IMG/VR virus record: IMGVR_UViG_3300020463_003399
Coordinates: 25,561 to 89,560 of that record
Source: a virus
Length of the DNA: 64,000 nucleotides
Direction: 5' to 3' (one strand)
The translations under genes and the position numbers were made by a program. Positions 1-10,463 of this stretch are shown here, one piece after another; the stretch's first letter is position 1, and the number at the start of each line of letters is the position of its first letter. The notes under the pieces are model-generated. The model was not told the DNA's origin, ran no database searches, and saw nothing but the letters and a program-made list of their open reading frames with translations.

Positions 1-4
1 TTCC

Positions 5-12
5 GATAAATA
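5..12 (+). promoter_or_regulatory. T4-late-like promoter GATAAATA (representative of a recurring motif)
   Basis: NNTAAATA recurs upstream of genes at 5, 2842, 5874, 6436, 8319, 8847, 10434, 15747, 31491, 34720, 42055, 44924, 45345, 48237, 50623, 52176, 56597, 63146 (+) and 19988, 31510, 34687, 59013 (-); resembles T4 TATAAATA. Confidence 0.8.
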
Positions 13-74
13 GTAGTAGCAATTACATTAATTGTAATATAGTAATTAAGTAATTAAGAAAAAGGAGAAACAGA

Positions 75-2756
75 ATGCCTACATTAGTATCACCGGGCGT
101 GTCAGTTACAGTAGTCGATGAATCGCAATATGCGGCGGCTACTCAAGGTACACTTCCACTAATAGTTGTTGCAACGGCAACAAACAAAACAGACGCATCT
201 GGTTCAGCTATCGCTTCTGGAACATTGGCCGCAAATGCCGGTGTTGCATATCTTGTTTCTTCACAACGAGAATTAGTTGAGACTTTCGGAGAACCTAAGT
301 TCTACGAAGTTGGCGGATCGGTTGTGCAAGGAGCAGAAACGAGTGAATATGGTTTATTATCCGCTTATCAATATCTAGGTGTATCAAACAACGCCTATGT
401 TATGAGAGCAAATGTAGACTTAGCACAGTTAGAAGCAACTACAACTGAACCTGCAGGAGCAATCGCGGCTGGAACATATTGGCACGACACATCTAAATCT
501 TCTTTTGGAATCTTTAGGCACGACGGTACAGACTGGGTTGCTTATACTCCAAAAGTTTTGACAGATGCACCTGGAACAGGTGATGTCGAAGCCATCAACG
601 CAGACGGATTTGCTTCACCAACAAACACATATGGAGCGGCAGGCGAGATTGCAATCGTAGCCTCAACCGCAAAAATCACTTACTGGGAAAAAGTTGGTGT
701 AAACTGGGTCGTATTAGGCGACACCGGTTCAGCCGATTTCCAATTTTCAAGATTTGCACCTACAACACAGTCAGACGGATCAACACCATTATCAACTGGT
801 AATGTTTATGTACGTTTAACAAAACAAGGTGGAGGTATTGACTTTGGAGTTTCAGTATATGATGCAACATCAGGATTATTTACGGCGGTTCAAGCACCAA
901 TGTATTCTACAGATGACTTAGCAAGTGCAGATTTAATCGACACAGGCGATGTATATGCTAGATACAATGCTACACAAGGTTTTGTAGAACTACGTAGACA
1001 CACTGGTAAAGCACAAACACAAATTACATCAGGTGTTATTCCAAGCACTACATCTATCACTGCTGACTTTACAGTAGAAGGTGTACAGTTTCAACCAAAT
1101 GCATCTACACTTGATGCACTAATCATTTCAATGCAATCAAATTCATCTTTGAATGCGGCAAATGTAAATGTTGAAAAAGTTGGATCTAACAAAATCAGAA
1201 TGACTAAATCAGATGGTAAAGAACTTAATGTTAACTTTACATCAGGCTTTGGTGCATTAGGATTTGCACAATCTGATAATGTAGATAGTGTTTGGGGTGA
1301 CTTATCATATGAAGCCAAATCTACACAACCAACAGGTGTTGTAAGTGACGGTACTCTATGGTACAATCCAGACTTAAAAATTGAGATTTTGAAAAATACA
1401 TTTGACGGTACAAACATGGTATGGAATAGATACACATGGTCAGAAGACGCAGATGGTTTACTAGGTACAGAACTACAGTTACGTACAGGTATGCCAACAG
1501 CCCGTAAAGATGGAACAAGTCCATTACAAGCGGGTGATATATGGGTCGATGGCGATGAGTTACCATATCCAGCAATCTATCTATATGATGGTACAAAGTT
1601 TGTTAAACTAGATAATGCTGACCAATCATCACTTAACGGTGTTGTATTTGGACATTATCATGATGAGGCACCGTACGATGCAAACGGTAATTTCGTATCA
1701 CGTACACCTCACTCATTAACACCAAACGCAGAATTACACCCAGAAGGCATGTTACTAGTTAACATGGATTACTCTACATACAATGTTAAAAAATATGTAA
1801 GTAACAAATGGGAATGGGCATCAGGTCTAAACTTAGATGGCTCAGGTAAATTCGGCGCACATGCACAACGTCACATGGTTGTAGAAGCTATGCAGGCGGC
1901 AGTTTCAAGCAATGATGGTATACGTTCAGAAGCCGTATACTTTAACTTGATTGCGGCACCAGGCTACTACGAACTAATGGATGAAATGATTGCACTAAAC
2001 AAAGATAAGAAAGAAATCGCATTTGTAATCGGTGACACACCGTTACATCTAAAATCAGATTCTTCTTCTCTTAAGAATTGGGCAACAGATAACGTTCCTG
2101 CAGAAACATATGCAGGTGTTTATTACCCACATGGTCTATCTACAGACTTATCAGGTAATGATGTTGTTATCCCTTCATCAGCGGTAGCATTACGTACTAT
2201 TGCATTTTCAGACCAAGTATCATTCCCATGGTTCGCACCAGCAGGCTTGACACGTGGTGTTGTAACTAACGCAAGTAGAGTTGGTTATGTAAACGATGAA
2301 AATGAGTTTACACAAGTTAAACTAAGCAATGGTCAAAGAGATGTTCTTTACACAAGTCGTGTGAATCCAATCGCAGACCTTCCAAATCAAGGTCTAGTAG
2401 TTTATGGTCAAAAGACAACACAGGCATTTGCATCAGCACTTGACCGTATCAATGTTGCAAGACTTACAAACTACATGCGTTTCAACTTGGATCAATTATC
2501 TCGTGGTTTCTTATTTGAAATGAATGATAAAATCACACGTGATAATATGCGTGATGCAGTAGAACGTTTCTGTGGTGAGTTAGTCACACAAAGAGGTCTA
2601 TTTGACTTCTTAGTAGTTTGTGACGAATCAAACAACACACCAGCACGTATCGATAGAAATGAATTATATGTTGATGTAGCTATTCAACCAGCTAAAGCAG
2701 TAGAATTCATCTATATCCCGCTACGTATCAGAAATACTGGCGAATCTCTAGCATAA
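75..2756 (+). CDS. Contractile tail sheath protein (T4 gp18-like)
   Basis: N-terminal MPTLVSPGVSVTVVDES; C-terminal PWFAPAGLTRG, LDRINVARL and IQPAKAVEFIYIP sheath motifs; late promoter and SD upstream. Confidence 0.95.
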   Translation: MPTLVSPGVSVTVVDESQYAAATQGTLPLIVVATATNKTDASGSAIASGTLAANAGVAYLVSSQRELVETFGEPKFYEVGGSVVQGAETSEYGLLSAYQYLGVSNNAYVMRANVDLAQLEATTTEPAGAIAAGTYWHDTSKSSFGIFRHDGTDWVAYTPKVLTDAPGTGDVEAINADGFASPTNTYGAAGEIAIVASTAKITYWEKVGVNWVVLGDTGSADFQFSRFAPTTQSDGSTPLSTGNVYVRLTKQGGGIDFGVSVYDATSGLFTAVQAPMYSTDDLASADLIDTGDVYARYNATQGFVELRRHTGKAQTQITSGVIPSTTSITADFTVEGVQFQPNASTLDALIISMQSNSSLNAANVNVEKVGSNKIRMTKSDGKELNVNFTSGFGALGFAQSDNVDSVWGDLSYEAKSTQPTGVVSDGTLWYNPDLKIEILKNTFDGTNMVWNRYTWSEDADGLLGTELQLRTGMPTARKDGTSPLQAGDIWVDGDELPYPAIYLYDGTKFVKLDNADQSSLNGVVFGHYHDEAPYDANGNFVSRTPHSLTPNAELHPEGMLLVNMDYSTYNVKKYVSNKWEWASGLNLDGSGKFGAHAQRHMVVEAMQAAVSSNDGIRSEAVYFNLIAAPGYYELMDEMIALNKDKKEIAFVIGDTPLHLKSDSSSLKNWATDNVPAETYAGVYYPHGLSTDLSGNDVVIPSSAVALRTIAFSDQVSFPWFAPAGLTRGVVTNASRVGYVNDENEFTQVKLSNGQRDVLYTSRVNPIADLPNQGLVVYGQKTTQAFASALDRINVARLTNYMRFNLDQLSRGFLFEMNDKITRDNMRDAVERFCGELVTQRGLFDFLVVCDESNNTPARIDRNELYVDVAIQPAKAVEFIYIPLRIRNTGESLA

Positions 2757-2781
2757 TAATAGAGAAAATAACAAATTTATT

Positions 2782-2810
2782 AAAGCCCCTTAGAAATAAG
2801 GGGCTTTTTT
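2782..2810 (+). terminator. Rho-independent terminator after the sheath gene
   Basis: AAAGCCCCTTA-GAAA-TAAGGGGCTTT followed by a T run. Confidence 0.9.
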
Positions 2811-2894
2811 ATTAACTACAACTTTAATTCCAAACATATTTGATAAATACTCTTATAAACAAAGAAGTTTCGAAACTTTTTAGGAGACAAAAAA

Positions 2895-3494
2895 ATGGCA
2901 AGAACATTAAATACTTTCGGTGTACCTACAGATTCCGGTGATGGAGTTACTGGCTCAGGTATTCTACAGCCAAAACTGAATTATCGTTTCCGTGTACAAG
3001 TTGCAGGTTTCGGTGGTGTATCAACAAATACTACTGAATTCACAAGACAAGTTATGAACGTAACTAGACCTAAAATCACACACGAATCAATTCCAGTAGA
3101 TTCATACAATTCACGTATGTACATGATGGGTAAACATACTTGGGAACCTATCACAATTACTTTACGTGATGATATAGCTAACAACTTAACAAAACTAGTT
3201 GGTAGACAAGTACAGTCTCAGTTGAACCACAGAAATCAAGCTGGTCCGGCGGCAGGTACTAACTATAAGTTTTCTACACTAATTGAAATTTTAGATGGTA
3301 ACTCAGGTAACCCTAACGAACAATGGCAACTAGAAGGTTGTTTTGTTCAGAATGCAGATTATTCTCAATCAGACTACTCAGTTTCAGATCCTGTGACAAT
3401 CGCACTAACACTACAGTACGATAACGCAGTATTCACTGACACTGAAATTATGCCTGATATTGCTTTTACAAATAATTCAAGCATTCTTGGTTAA
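2895..3494 (+). CDS. Tail tube protein (gp19-like)
   Basis: Follows the sheath gene; PKLNYRFRV, GKHTWEPITITLRD, WQLEGCF and LTLQYDNA motifs; own late promoter. Confidence 0.9.
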   Translation: MARTLNTFGVPTDSGDGVTGSGILQPKLNYRFRVQVAGFGGVSTNTTEFTRQVMNVTRPKITHESIPVDSYNSRMYMMGKHTWEPITITLRDDIANNLTKLVGRQVQSQLNHRNQAGPAAGTNYKFSTLIEILDGNSGNPNEQWQLEGCFVQNADYSQSDYSVSDPVTIALTLQYDNAVFTDTEIMPDIAFTNNSSILG

Positions 3495-3512
3495 TCTTTG
3501 AGGTAGTCAACT

Positions 3513-5135
3513 ATGGCTAAATCTAAGCAAGGCGGTCAGAACAAGCAAGGCAATATTGTTTTTCAGGACAATAAAAATGCCGTAACAAGATTTGGGTTCG
3601 GCGGTGTCGGACCCATCACTCTTGCACCTAAAACAGGTGAGATGTTTTACATTGAGTTTCATGACTCAGCCGGCACCAATAAAAAACTTCCATACACTAG
3701 ATTTGCAAAAGGGGTAGGTGGTATTTCAGTTGTCACTCAATCTCAACCAGTCGATAGATATGGTAAACGTGTGTATGTTCCTACACGTGTAGATTTCCCT
3801 GAAGTTCAATTATCAATGTATGATGTTGTTGATGGACAGATGTTTGATTTCGCAAATCAGTTATATGAACAGTTCTTTAGAAATTCATCAATGCAAACTG
3901 ATTCAGCTAACATTGAAAATGCAATCGATTCAAATCCAGATACAAACATGGGTAGAAAGTTTTCTGAAAAAGGAAAACTCTTTCATCAAAGTTTAGAAAA
4001 GATAGTAGTATTTCATTTCTTTGGTAATCTTGATGGTTCAACTGGTGAAAGTCAATTTTCTCAAAATGAGAGAACAGTACCAAGAAGTGGTAGTTTACAA
4101 AAAATAGAAATAATAAATCCATTAGTAACTAATATCACATTCCCACCAAGTGACTATTCAGATGGTACTCTTAGAACTATAGAGATATCAGTACAACCAG
4201 AAAACGTTAAATTTGAAACAGTTAAGGATAGAGTAACATTCCCTGATTGGTTAATGAACGGTTTACCAGTTGAAATAGAAACTGCAATAAGTGATTTAGA
4301 AAGTGGACAATATTCTACATTCAAGACAAAGTTTTTAACAGATAAACTAAATCAGTTAATCAGTAAAAACGCATTTGATGGCGATGAGACTTTTGTACCA
4401 AATACAAATGAGGCATATCAAAGTGCGTTGAACAGTAGACAAAAATTTAATGCTCAAAATACCCTTATAAATCAACAAAAACACGATGAGTTAGCGAAAC
4501 TTTACAATGCTACACAACAAAATAATCTATCTACATTAGGTAGACAAGATGGCATCGATCCAAATCAACAATTTACACCAGAACAATTAGCAGGATTCTC
4601 TAGTGTATTAGATGCACAGAATGAAATAGCAGAAGCAGAGTTTGAGGAAGCAAAATCAAGACAAGGTTTCTTAGAAGTTCTTCCTACAGAACCTAGATTT
4701 AGTGATCCTTTTGTACCAGAAACCAAATATCCTCAAGTGGCAGATTTTGCAAACTTAGGAAATACATATGATGGTGGTACAGGAAGATACGGTGGAAGTA
4801 ACTTTGGTGGAGCAATAAAAAATGAATTAGTAAATGCTTTCTTCAATGGAAGAAGTATAAATTGGGGTAACATAAGAGATTCAGCGGCACAAGGTATTCT
4901 AGGAAATACTAATATAGGATCATTACAAAATTTAAGTAAAACATCTCAGAGTAAATTCGGTATCGCAGGAGATATTGTTAGAGATGGAATTCTTAGATCC
5001 TCAACTGCTAGTGGAGGACAGATACAAACCACAACTGTTCCTTCAAACATAAATGCTAATTCTTCCAGCACTGTTTTAAACAATGCACAATCAAGTATTG
5101 CTAATTTAAAAAACTTAACAAATGGGATTAGATAA
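3513..5135 (+). CDS. Tube-fold baseplate / tail-tube initiator protein (gp48/gp54-like) with long extension
   Basis: N-terminal region resembles the tube fold (YGKRVYVPTRVDFPEVQLSMYD); position after the tube gene. Confidence 0.5.
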   Translation: MAKSKQGGQNKQGNIVFQDNKNAVTRFGFGGVGPITLAPKTGEMFYIEFHDSAGTNKKLPYTRFAKGVGGISVVTQSQPVDRYGKRVYVPTRVDFPEVQLSMYDVVDGQMFDFANQLYEQFFRNSSMQTDSANIENAIDSNPDTNMGRKFSEKGKLFHQSLEKIVVFHFFGNLDGSTGESQFSQNERTVPRSGSLQKIEIINPLVTNITFPPSDYSDGTLRTIEISVQPENVKFETVKDRVTFPDWLMNGLPVEIETAISDLESGQYSTFKTKFLTDKLNQLISKNAFDGDETFVPNTNEAYQSALNSRQKFNAQNTLINQQKHDELAKLYNATQQNNLSTLGRQDGIDPNQQFTPEQLAGFSSVLDAQNEIAEAEFEEAKSRQGFLEVLPTEPRFSDPFVPETKYPQVADFANLGNTYDGGTGRYGGSNFGGAIKNELVNAFFNGRSINWGNIRDSAAQGILGNTNIGSLQNLSKTSQSKFGIAGDIVRDGILRSSTASGGQIQTTTVPSNINANSSSTVLNNAQSSIANLKNLTNGIR

Positions 5136-5404
5136 TGGCGTTTGACATTGATGTACTAAAAGCTAAACTAACAAAGAAAGGCTTCACAGATGAGAAGGCT
5201 AATATATTTGCTAGAGAGTTAGTCAATGTAGCAAGGTCCTATGGTTTAAGTCCATACAATTTAGTTGATGAAATCAGTTCAGATTTCAAACTCAATGACT
5301 TGGGTTCATTCATAATTAATAGCACTTTGCGATTTGGTTATCAAACAGGTAAAATAAAACCTCAAAAGCCAAATAAATATGTCGCAAGGGCTATAATTGA
5401 ATGA
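5135..5404 (+). CDS. Hypothetical protein
   Basis: ORF overlaps both neighbours (translational coupling). Confidence 0.6.
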   Translation: MAFDIDVLKAKLTKKGFTDEKANIFARELVNVARSYGLSPYNLVDEISSDFKLNDLGSFIINSTLRFGYQTGKIKPQKPNKYVARAIIE

Positions 5405-5862
5405 GACAAAAATATCATCAAGGAAAATACACTATAAAAAACCCACAGAAGTATTCTGGGAAGGGCGAACCTACCTTTAGAAGTAGTTGGGAATATACTT
5501 TTATGAATTTCTGTGACGATAACCCAAGTGTAGTAGCTTGGGCAAGTGAACCTTGCAAAATAACTTATCAAAATCCTTTAAATGGGAAAGTAACTGCATA
5601 TGTTCCTGATTTTGTAATAGTATATATGGACAAAAAAGGAAATAAGAATGCAGAGTTAGTAGAAATTAAGCCATCATCACAATCTAATCCAGAACTTGCA
5701 CGAAGACGTACTGATAAAATGGCAGTTGTACAGAATTATGCTAAATGGGATGCGGCAACTCATTGGGCAAGAAAAAGAGGTATGCGTTTTCGTGTACTTA
5801 ACGAAGGTGATATCTATCAAAACACTAGAAAACCGAAGCCTGTTAGAAGAAAGAAAAAGTAA
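5401..5862 (+). CDS. Head completion nuclease (T4 gp4 / TnsA-like PD-(D/E)XK)
   Basis: GKYTIKNPQKY, FRSSWE, WASEP, YVPDF, EIKP and KWDAA motifs. Confidence 0.85.
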   Translation: MRQKYHQGKYTIKNPQKYSGKGEPTFRSSWEYTFMNFCDDNPSVVAWASEPCKITYQNPLNGKVTAYVPDFVIVYMDKKGNKNAELVEIKPSSQSNPELARRRTDKMAVVQNYAKWDAATHWARKRGMRFRVLNEGDIYQNTRKPKPVRRKKK

Positions 5863-5902
5863 AGTTAGAAGTTAATAAATAGAGTAATGAAAGGCATTAC
5901 AT

Positions 5903-6421
5903 ATGACCAAAAAACTAGAAGAAACATTTAATATATCTGACGGAGAGGAAGAAGATAAGAATACTCCTACTATTGAAGAATCTCAAGAAATAACAGAATT
6001 ATTAAATACTGAAATCGAGAATACTGAAAAAATCGATGCCGCATTACCTATGGTGACTGACTTAAACGAGCATGATAGAGAAATGGATGATATTCATGCT
6101 AAAGCATTAAAGACATTTGAAGATTTACTACAATTAGGTATGAATGTCGAAGTACATGCAGGTGCAAAGATACTAGAAACTGCTAATCAACTGTTAAAAA
6201 CTGCAAAAGAGGCAAAAGACAGTAAAGTGGACAGAAAATTACGCATGATTAATCTACAACTACAAAAAGCTAAGTTGGATCATCAAAAAGATAGGGATAC
6301 TAGCAAATCAGACGATGAATTAGCTACTGAAGGCTCTTTAAATATCGATAGAAACGAATTATTGCGTAGAATTGCTTCTGCACAAGAACTATCAGATAAG
6401 GTAAAAGAACAAAATAAGTAA
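5903..6421 (+). CDS. Possible terminase small subunit
   Basis: Helical acidic protein with late promoter, near the large terminase. Confidence 0.4.
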   Translation: MTKKLEETFNISDGEEEDKNTPTIEESQEITELLNTEIENTEKIDAALPMVTDLNEHDREMDDIHAKALKTFEDLLQLGMNVEVHAGAKILETANQLLKTAKEAKDSKVDRKLRMINLQLQKAKLDHQKDRDTSKSDDELATEGSLNIDRNELLRRIASAQELSDKVKEQNK

Positions 6422-6465
6422 AATATGAATAAAATGATAAATAAGAGTATACGTTGGAGTACAAC

Positions 6466-7032
6466 ATGAAAAGTTTTAAAGAATTTTTAACAGAATCAGA
6501 AAAAGAGCATAAAATGACTCTACGTTTTTGTTGTAATATAGATGAAAACGCAGAAGATAGAATCGAACAGTTTTTAGGCAAATATGATTTAAGAAATATG
6601 TCAAAAACTTCAAAGACACCTATCTCTAAAAATCCTATGTTCTTTAAAGATGTAGAAAATTCAGAAGTGTCTAAGATTGATGTAGTTACAGGTTACCCTG
6701 TATCGGCAGATATATTACGTCAACAATTAGCAGACCAATTAGGAATGCATATCAAACATGTAACAGTACATCCTGAGGGATGGGAACCAAAAGAGGAAGA
6801 AGAAAAAGAAGATAAAGAGCCTTTACTTACTTCCGAAGAAAAATCAGAATCAGATGACGGAAAAACATACGGCAGAACGTTCATTGATGATTTCTTAAAA
6901 ACTTTAACACCAAAAGAAACAGAAACACATGAAAATGAATTAAGCCCAAAAGAAAAAAGAGACCCGGCACCTGAGCAAATGGATAAAGAAGAAAAATCAA
7001 GTCCTTCTGTTATCTCAGGAGATGAAAAATGA
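6466..7032 (+). CDS. Probable internal head protein (start revised to MKSFKEFLTE)
   Basis: SD GGAG at 6456-6459; N-terminus resembles the T4 IP capsid-targeting sequence; late promoter at 6436. Confidence 0.6.
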   Translation: MKSFKEFLTESEKEHKMTLRFCCNIDENAEDRIEQFLGKYDLRNMSKTSKTPISKNPMFFKDVENSEVSKIDVVTGYPVSADILRQQLADQLGMHIKHVTVHPEGWEPKEEEEKEDKEPLLTSEEKSESDDGKTYGRTFIDDFLKTLTPKETETHENELSPKEKRDPAPEQMDKEEKSSPSVISGDEK

Positions 7033-8306
7033 GTAAGCATTACAATTTAACTGTTACTGATGATAACGGCAAATCAGTTACTACTTCAAATACAAGCACA
7101 GAACATCCAGAAGAAGTTCTACGTATGATGCAACTTGCAGGTATGCAATCAGAACCACAATGTGGTATGGAAAGTGTTGAAGAAAATGAATATCAGCCTA
7201 CACCAGCTAACGATAAATTAGATTTAGAAGATTACTCTAAAAAGTCAGGCGAAAGCATTCCAAAGCAAAAGAAAAGTTTAGATAAAGCACCTTCAAGAGG
7301 TGATAACCCTCTAGAGTATTCTCTAGATGAAAATGAAATCTTTGAATCACTAATGAACGAATTTAAAGTCGATGTGGAAGAAGGTAAACTTAATCCAGGT
7401 CTTCAAGCATACTTAGATAAGAAAAAAGGCAAGAAAGACGATAAAGACGATAAAGAAAAAACTGATGAAAAAGCAAAACCAGATTTTGCTGACATTGATG
7501 GCGACGGTGATAAAAAAGAAACAATGAAAAAAGCCGCTAAAGACAAGTCTAAAAAAAAGGCTAACGAAGGCGTAGAAGAAATTTCCGAAAAAGTAATAAA
7601 GGAAGCGACTTGTGGTTGCAACCCTGAAGGTGATTGTTGTAAAGATAATCATTCTAAAGAAGAAATTGGTCAAGTTTGTGAGTGTTGCGGAAATGATATC
7701 GTAGCAGTTGCTAACGAAGAACAAATCAATGAAGAAAAATGTCGTTACTGCGGTGGCGATTGTCCAGATGATCCAAATCATGCATGTGATGGGTTCATAG
7801 GTGATATCGATAATTTATACGGATCATATGACAAAGACGATGAAGATGATATGGACGAAAATGCAGATTTAAACAGACTAAGAAAATTAGCAAATCTTCC
7901 AGAAAAAACTGACGAAGTACAAGAAGGCTCAGAAGTAGATGAAGTTAAAGCAATTCTAATGAGTTATCCAGAAGATGTTGAGAAAATGAAACAGATGGGT
8001 GATATAGATACTGGTTCACAACTTTACATGGATCTATTTGGATTCTATCAAGATGAAATGCCATACGGAACTCAAAAAGCTAGAGACGGTGACCCAGTAG
8101 AATGGATCATGAATAGACTAGATGATTTGGGTATGACGGAAGATAAACAAGTTGATGAAGTAGGACCATTAGCAGTGTTGGCACCAGTAGCGAAAGCAGT
8201 CGGTGGTGCATTGTTAAAGAAAGGCATCAAAGGAACGGCGGCACGTGCTGGAGCAAGTGCAGTTGCTAGTAAGATGATGTCTAAACCATCTTCAAACGTA
8301 CAATAA
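7029..8306 (+). CDS. Acidic modular protein, probable prohead core / internal polyprotein
   Basis: Short modules (EF-hand-like DIDGDGD, Cys clusters) separated by VEE/INE/IKE/MTE sites. Confidence 0.5.
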   Translation: MSKHYNLTVTDDNGKSVTTSNTSTEHPEEVLRMMQLAGMQSEPQCGMESVEENEYQPTPANDKLDLEDYSKKSGESIPKQKKSLDKAPSRGDNPLEYSLDENEIFESLMNEFKVDVEEGKLNPGLQAYLDKKKGKKDDKDDKEKTDEKAKPDFADIDGDGDKKETMKKAAKDKSKKKANEGVEEISEKVIKEATCGCNPEGDCCKDNHSKEEIGQVCECCGNDIVAVANEEQINEEKCRYCGGDCPDDPNHACDGFIGDIDNLYGSYDKDDEDDMDENADLNRLRKLANLPEKTDEVQEGSEVDEVKAILMSYPEDVEKMKQMGDIDTGSQLYMDLFGFYQDEMPYGTQKARDGDPVEWIMNRLDDLGMTEDKQVDEVGPLAVLAPVAKAVGGALLKKGIKGTAARAGASAVASKMMSKPSSNVQ

Positions 8307-8376
8307 TCCTTATAATCCAATAAATACTAGTGCAATAATGCACAACAAAACCACCTTAGGTAAAGAGGAGACAATC

Positions 8377-8793
8377 ATGTACGATAAAGAAATGATGATA
8401 CAAATGATGGAAGACCTTCAGCATCAAGCATCAGAAATGGAAAAGAACGTTAAAGATATGCTAGAAGCAGAAGGAAGAGCATGTGGTGTTGAACTTGATA
8501 AAAGAAAAAATGCACGTGACCTTATGGAAGAACTAGTAGAACACCAGGACAGTCAAGATGATGCACCAGCAATGACATGGGCATATGTACCAGAAGAACA
8601 GGTTAACTATGATACTCATGCAACAGATTGGACTACAGACATGCATACACAAGCACTATACGAAACAGGTGCAGATATGACACATCACGAAGATGATTGG
8701 GAGAACGATGATATGGAACCTGCAGAAGATATTCATGATACATTGCCTAGTGATGTAGAACCAATGGACGATGAAACTGAACATAAAGAATAA
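8377..8793 (+). CDS. Acidic protein with an HeH/Rho-N-like motif (start revised to MYDKE)
   Basis: SD GAGGAG; LEAEGRACGVELDKRKNARDLMEEL. Confidence 0.5.
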   Translation: MYDKEMMIQMMEDLQHQASEMEKNVKDMLEAEGRACGVELDKRKNARDLMEELVEHQDSQDDAPAMTWAYVPEEQVNYDTHATDWTTDMHTQALYETGADMTHHEDDWENDDMEPAEDIHDTLPSDVEPMDDETEHKE

Positions 8794-8812
8794 ATTCATC
8801 AAAAACTTAAAT

Positions 8813-8843
8813 AAGAGCAGGCATTTTCTTGTCTGCTTTTTTT
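8813..8843 (+). terminator. Probable intrinsic terminator
   Basis: AGCAGGCA...TGTCTGCT stem followed by a T run. Confidence 0.6.
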
Positions 8844-8875
8844 ATGCATAAATATAATTAAATGAGTATTTAATT

Positions 8876-10435
8876 ATGGCAGATTTAACTAAAAAAGCAT
8901 ATCAAAAAACACAGTTTAGCAATCAGCAATTACTAGATTTTAGTAAGTGTGCAAATAACCCTTTCTATTTTCTGAATAATTACTTTAAGATTCAGCATCC
9001 TACAAAAGGTAGTATGACATACGATGCATATGAATTTCAAAAAGGACTGTTACACTCTTATCACGATTACAGATTTTCTATTTCTATGTTAGGTAGACAG
9101 ATGGGAAAATCTACCTCTGCGGCTGGATATCTTTTATGGTTTGCAATGTTTAATCCTGACCAAACTATTTTAATTGCGGCTCACAAATATTCAGGTGCCC
9201 AAGAAATCATGCACAGAATTAGACATGCTTATGAATTATGCCCTGACCATATTAGAGCAGGTGTTACAAGTTATAATAAAGGTAGTTTAGAGTTTGACAA
9301 TGGTTCACGTATCATAGCACAAGCAACTACAGAAAATACAGGTCGTGGTCTTTCAATTTCTTTACTATATTGTGACGAGTTTGCATTCGTTAGACCTAAT
9401 ATTGCAAAAGAGTTCTGGACTTCAATATCTCCTACTCTAGCAACAGGTGGTAAAGCAATTATTACTTCAACACCAAACTTAGATGATGACCAATTTGCTC
9501 TCATATGGAGTGGTGCTAATAAAAATATAGATGAACATGGTAATGAAAAAGAAACAGGTATTAATGGCTTTAAACCATTCAAAGCTATATGGGACGAACA
9601 CCCTGATAGAGATAATGAATGGGCAAAAGAAGAAAGAACACGTGTAGGTGAAGAAAGATTTTTACGTGAACACGAATGTCAGTTCATTGCTTTTGATGAA
9701 ACTTTAGTAGATAGTATTAAACTATCTCATTTATCAGGCAAAGAACCTCTTATGAAAACAGGACAGGTCAGATGGTATGAAAAAATTAATAAAAATTCTA
9801 CTTACATTGTTGGTCTTGATCCTGCTATGGGTACTGGAGGAGATTATTCAGCAATCGAAGTTTGGAGTTTACCAGAACTAGTACAAGTTGCAGAATGGCA
9901 AAGTAATCGTACAGATGTTAGAGGTCAAGTAAAAACAATGCATGACATACTAACTATTCTGAAAGAAGAAATGGCTGAACTTGGAAATAATAGTCCAGAA
10001 ATATATTGGTCAGTTGAAAATAACTCATTAGGCGAAGCCTCTCTTATAGTAATTGAAGAAATGGACGAAGATAAATTCCCTGGTGAATTCTTACATGAAC
10101 CAAAGAAAAAAGGAATACAGAAAGCAATAAGAAAAGGCTTTACTACTTCATATAAAACAAAAATTACTGCATGTATGAAAATGAAGTCTTGGATAGAAAG
10201 CGATAAAATGGTTCCTCTGAGTAGAAATTTAATCAGAGAATTAAAAACATTTATAGCAAAGGGTAAAAGTTTTGAGGCAAAATTGGGGGAAACAGACGAT
10301 TTAGTATCTGCAACACTTTTATGTATACGACAAATACAAGTAATATCACGATTCGATGAAGAATTTATGGAGACATTAGGGGAATCATTGGATAGTGATG
10401 ATAATTACAATGACCCTCTTCCTGTGATAATTTGA
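8876..10435 (+). CDS. Terminase large subunit (gp17-like)
   Basis: RQMGKS Walker A, LLYCDEFAF Walker B, ITSTPN, nuclease motifs GLDPAMG and DDLV. Confidence 0.95.
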   Translation: MADLTKKAYQKTQFSNQQLLDFSKCANNPFYFLNNYFKIQHPTKGSMTYDAYEFQKGLLHSYHDYRFSISMLGRQMGKSTSAAGYLLWFAMFNPDQTILIAAHKYSGAQEIMHRIRHAYELCPDHIRAGVTSYNKGSLEFDNGSRIIAQATTENTGRGLSISLLYCDEFAFVRPNIAKEFWTSISPTLATGGKAIITSTPNLDDDQFALIWSGANKNIDEHGNEKETGINGFKPFKAIWDEHPDRDNEWAKEERTRVGEERFLREHECQFIAFDETLVDSIKLSHLSGKEPLMKTGQVRWYEKINKNSTYIVGLDPAMGTGGDYSAIEVWSLPELVQVAEWQSNRTDVRGQVKTMHDILTILKEEMAELGNNSPEIYWSVENNSLGEASLIVIEEMDEDKFPGEFLHEPKKKGIQKAIRKGFTTSYKTKITACMKMKSWIESDKMVPLSRNLIRELKTFIAKGKSFEAKLGETDDLVSATLLCIRQIQVISRFDEEFMETLGESLDSDDNYNDPLPVII

Positions 10436-10463
10436 TAAATACATCTATAAAGGAATTTATAAA

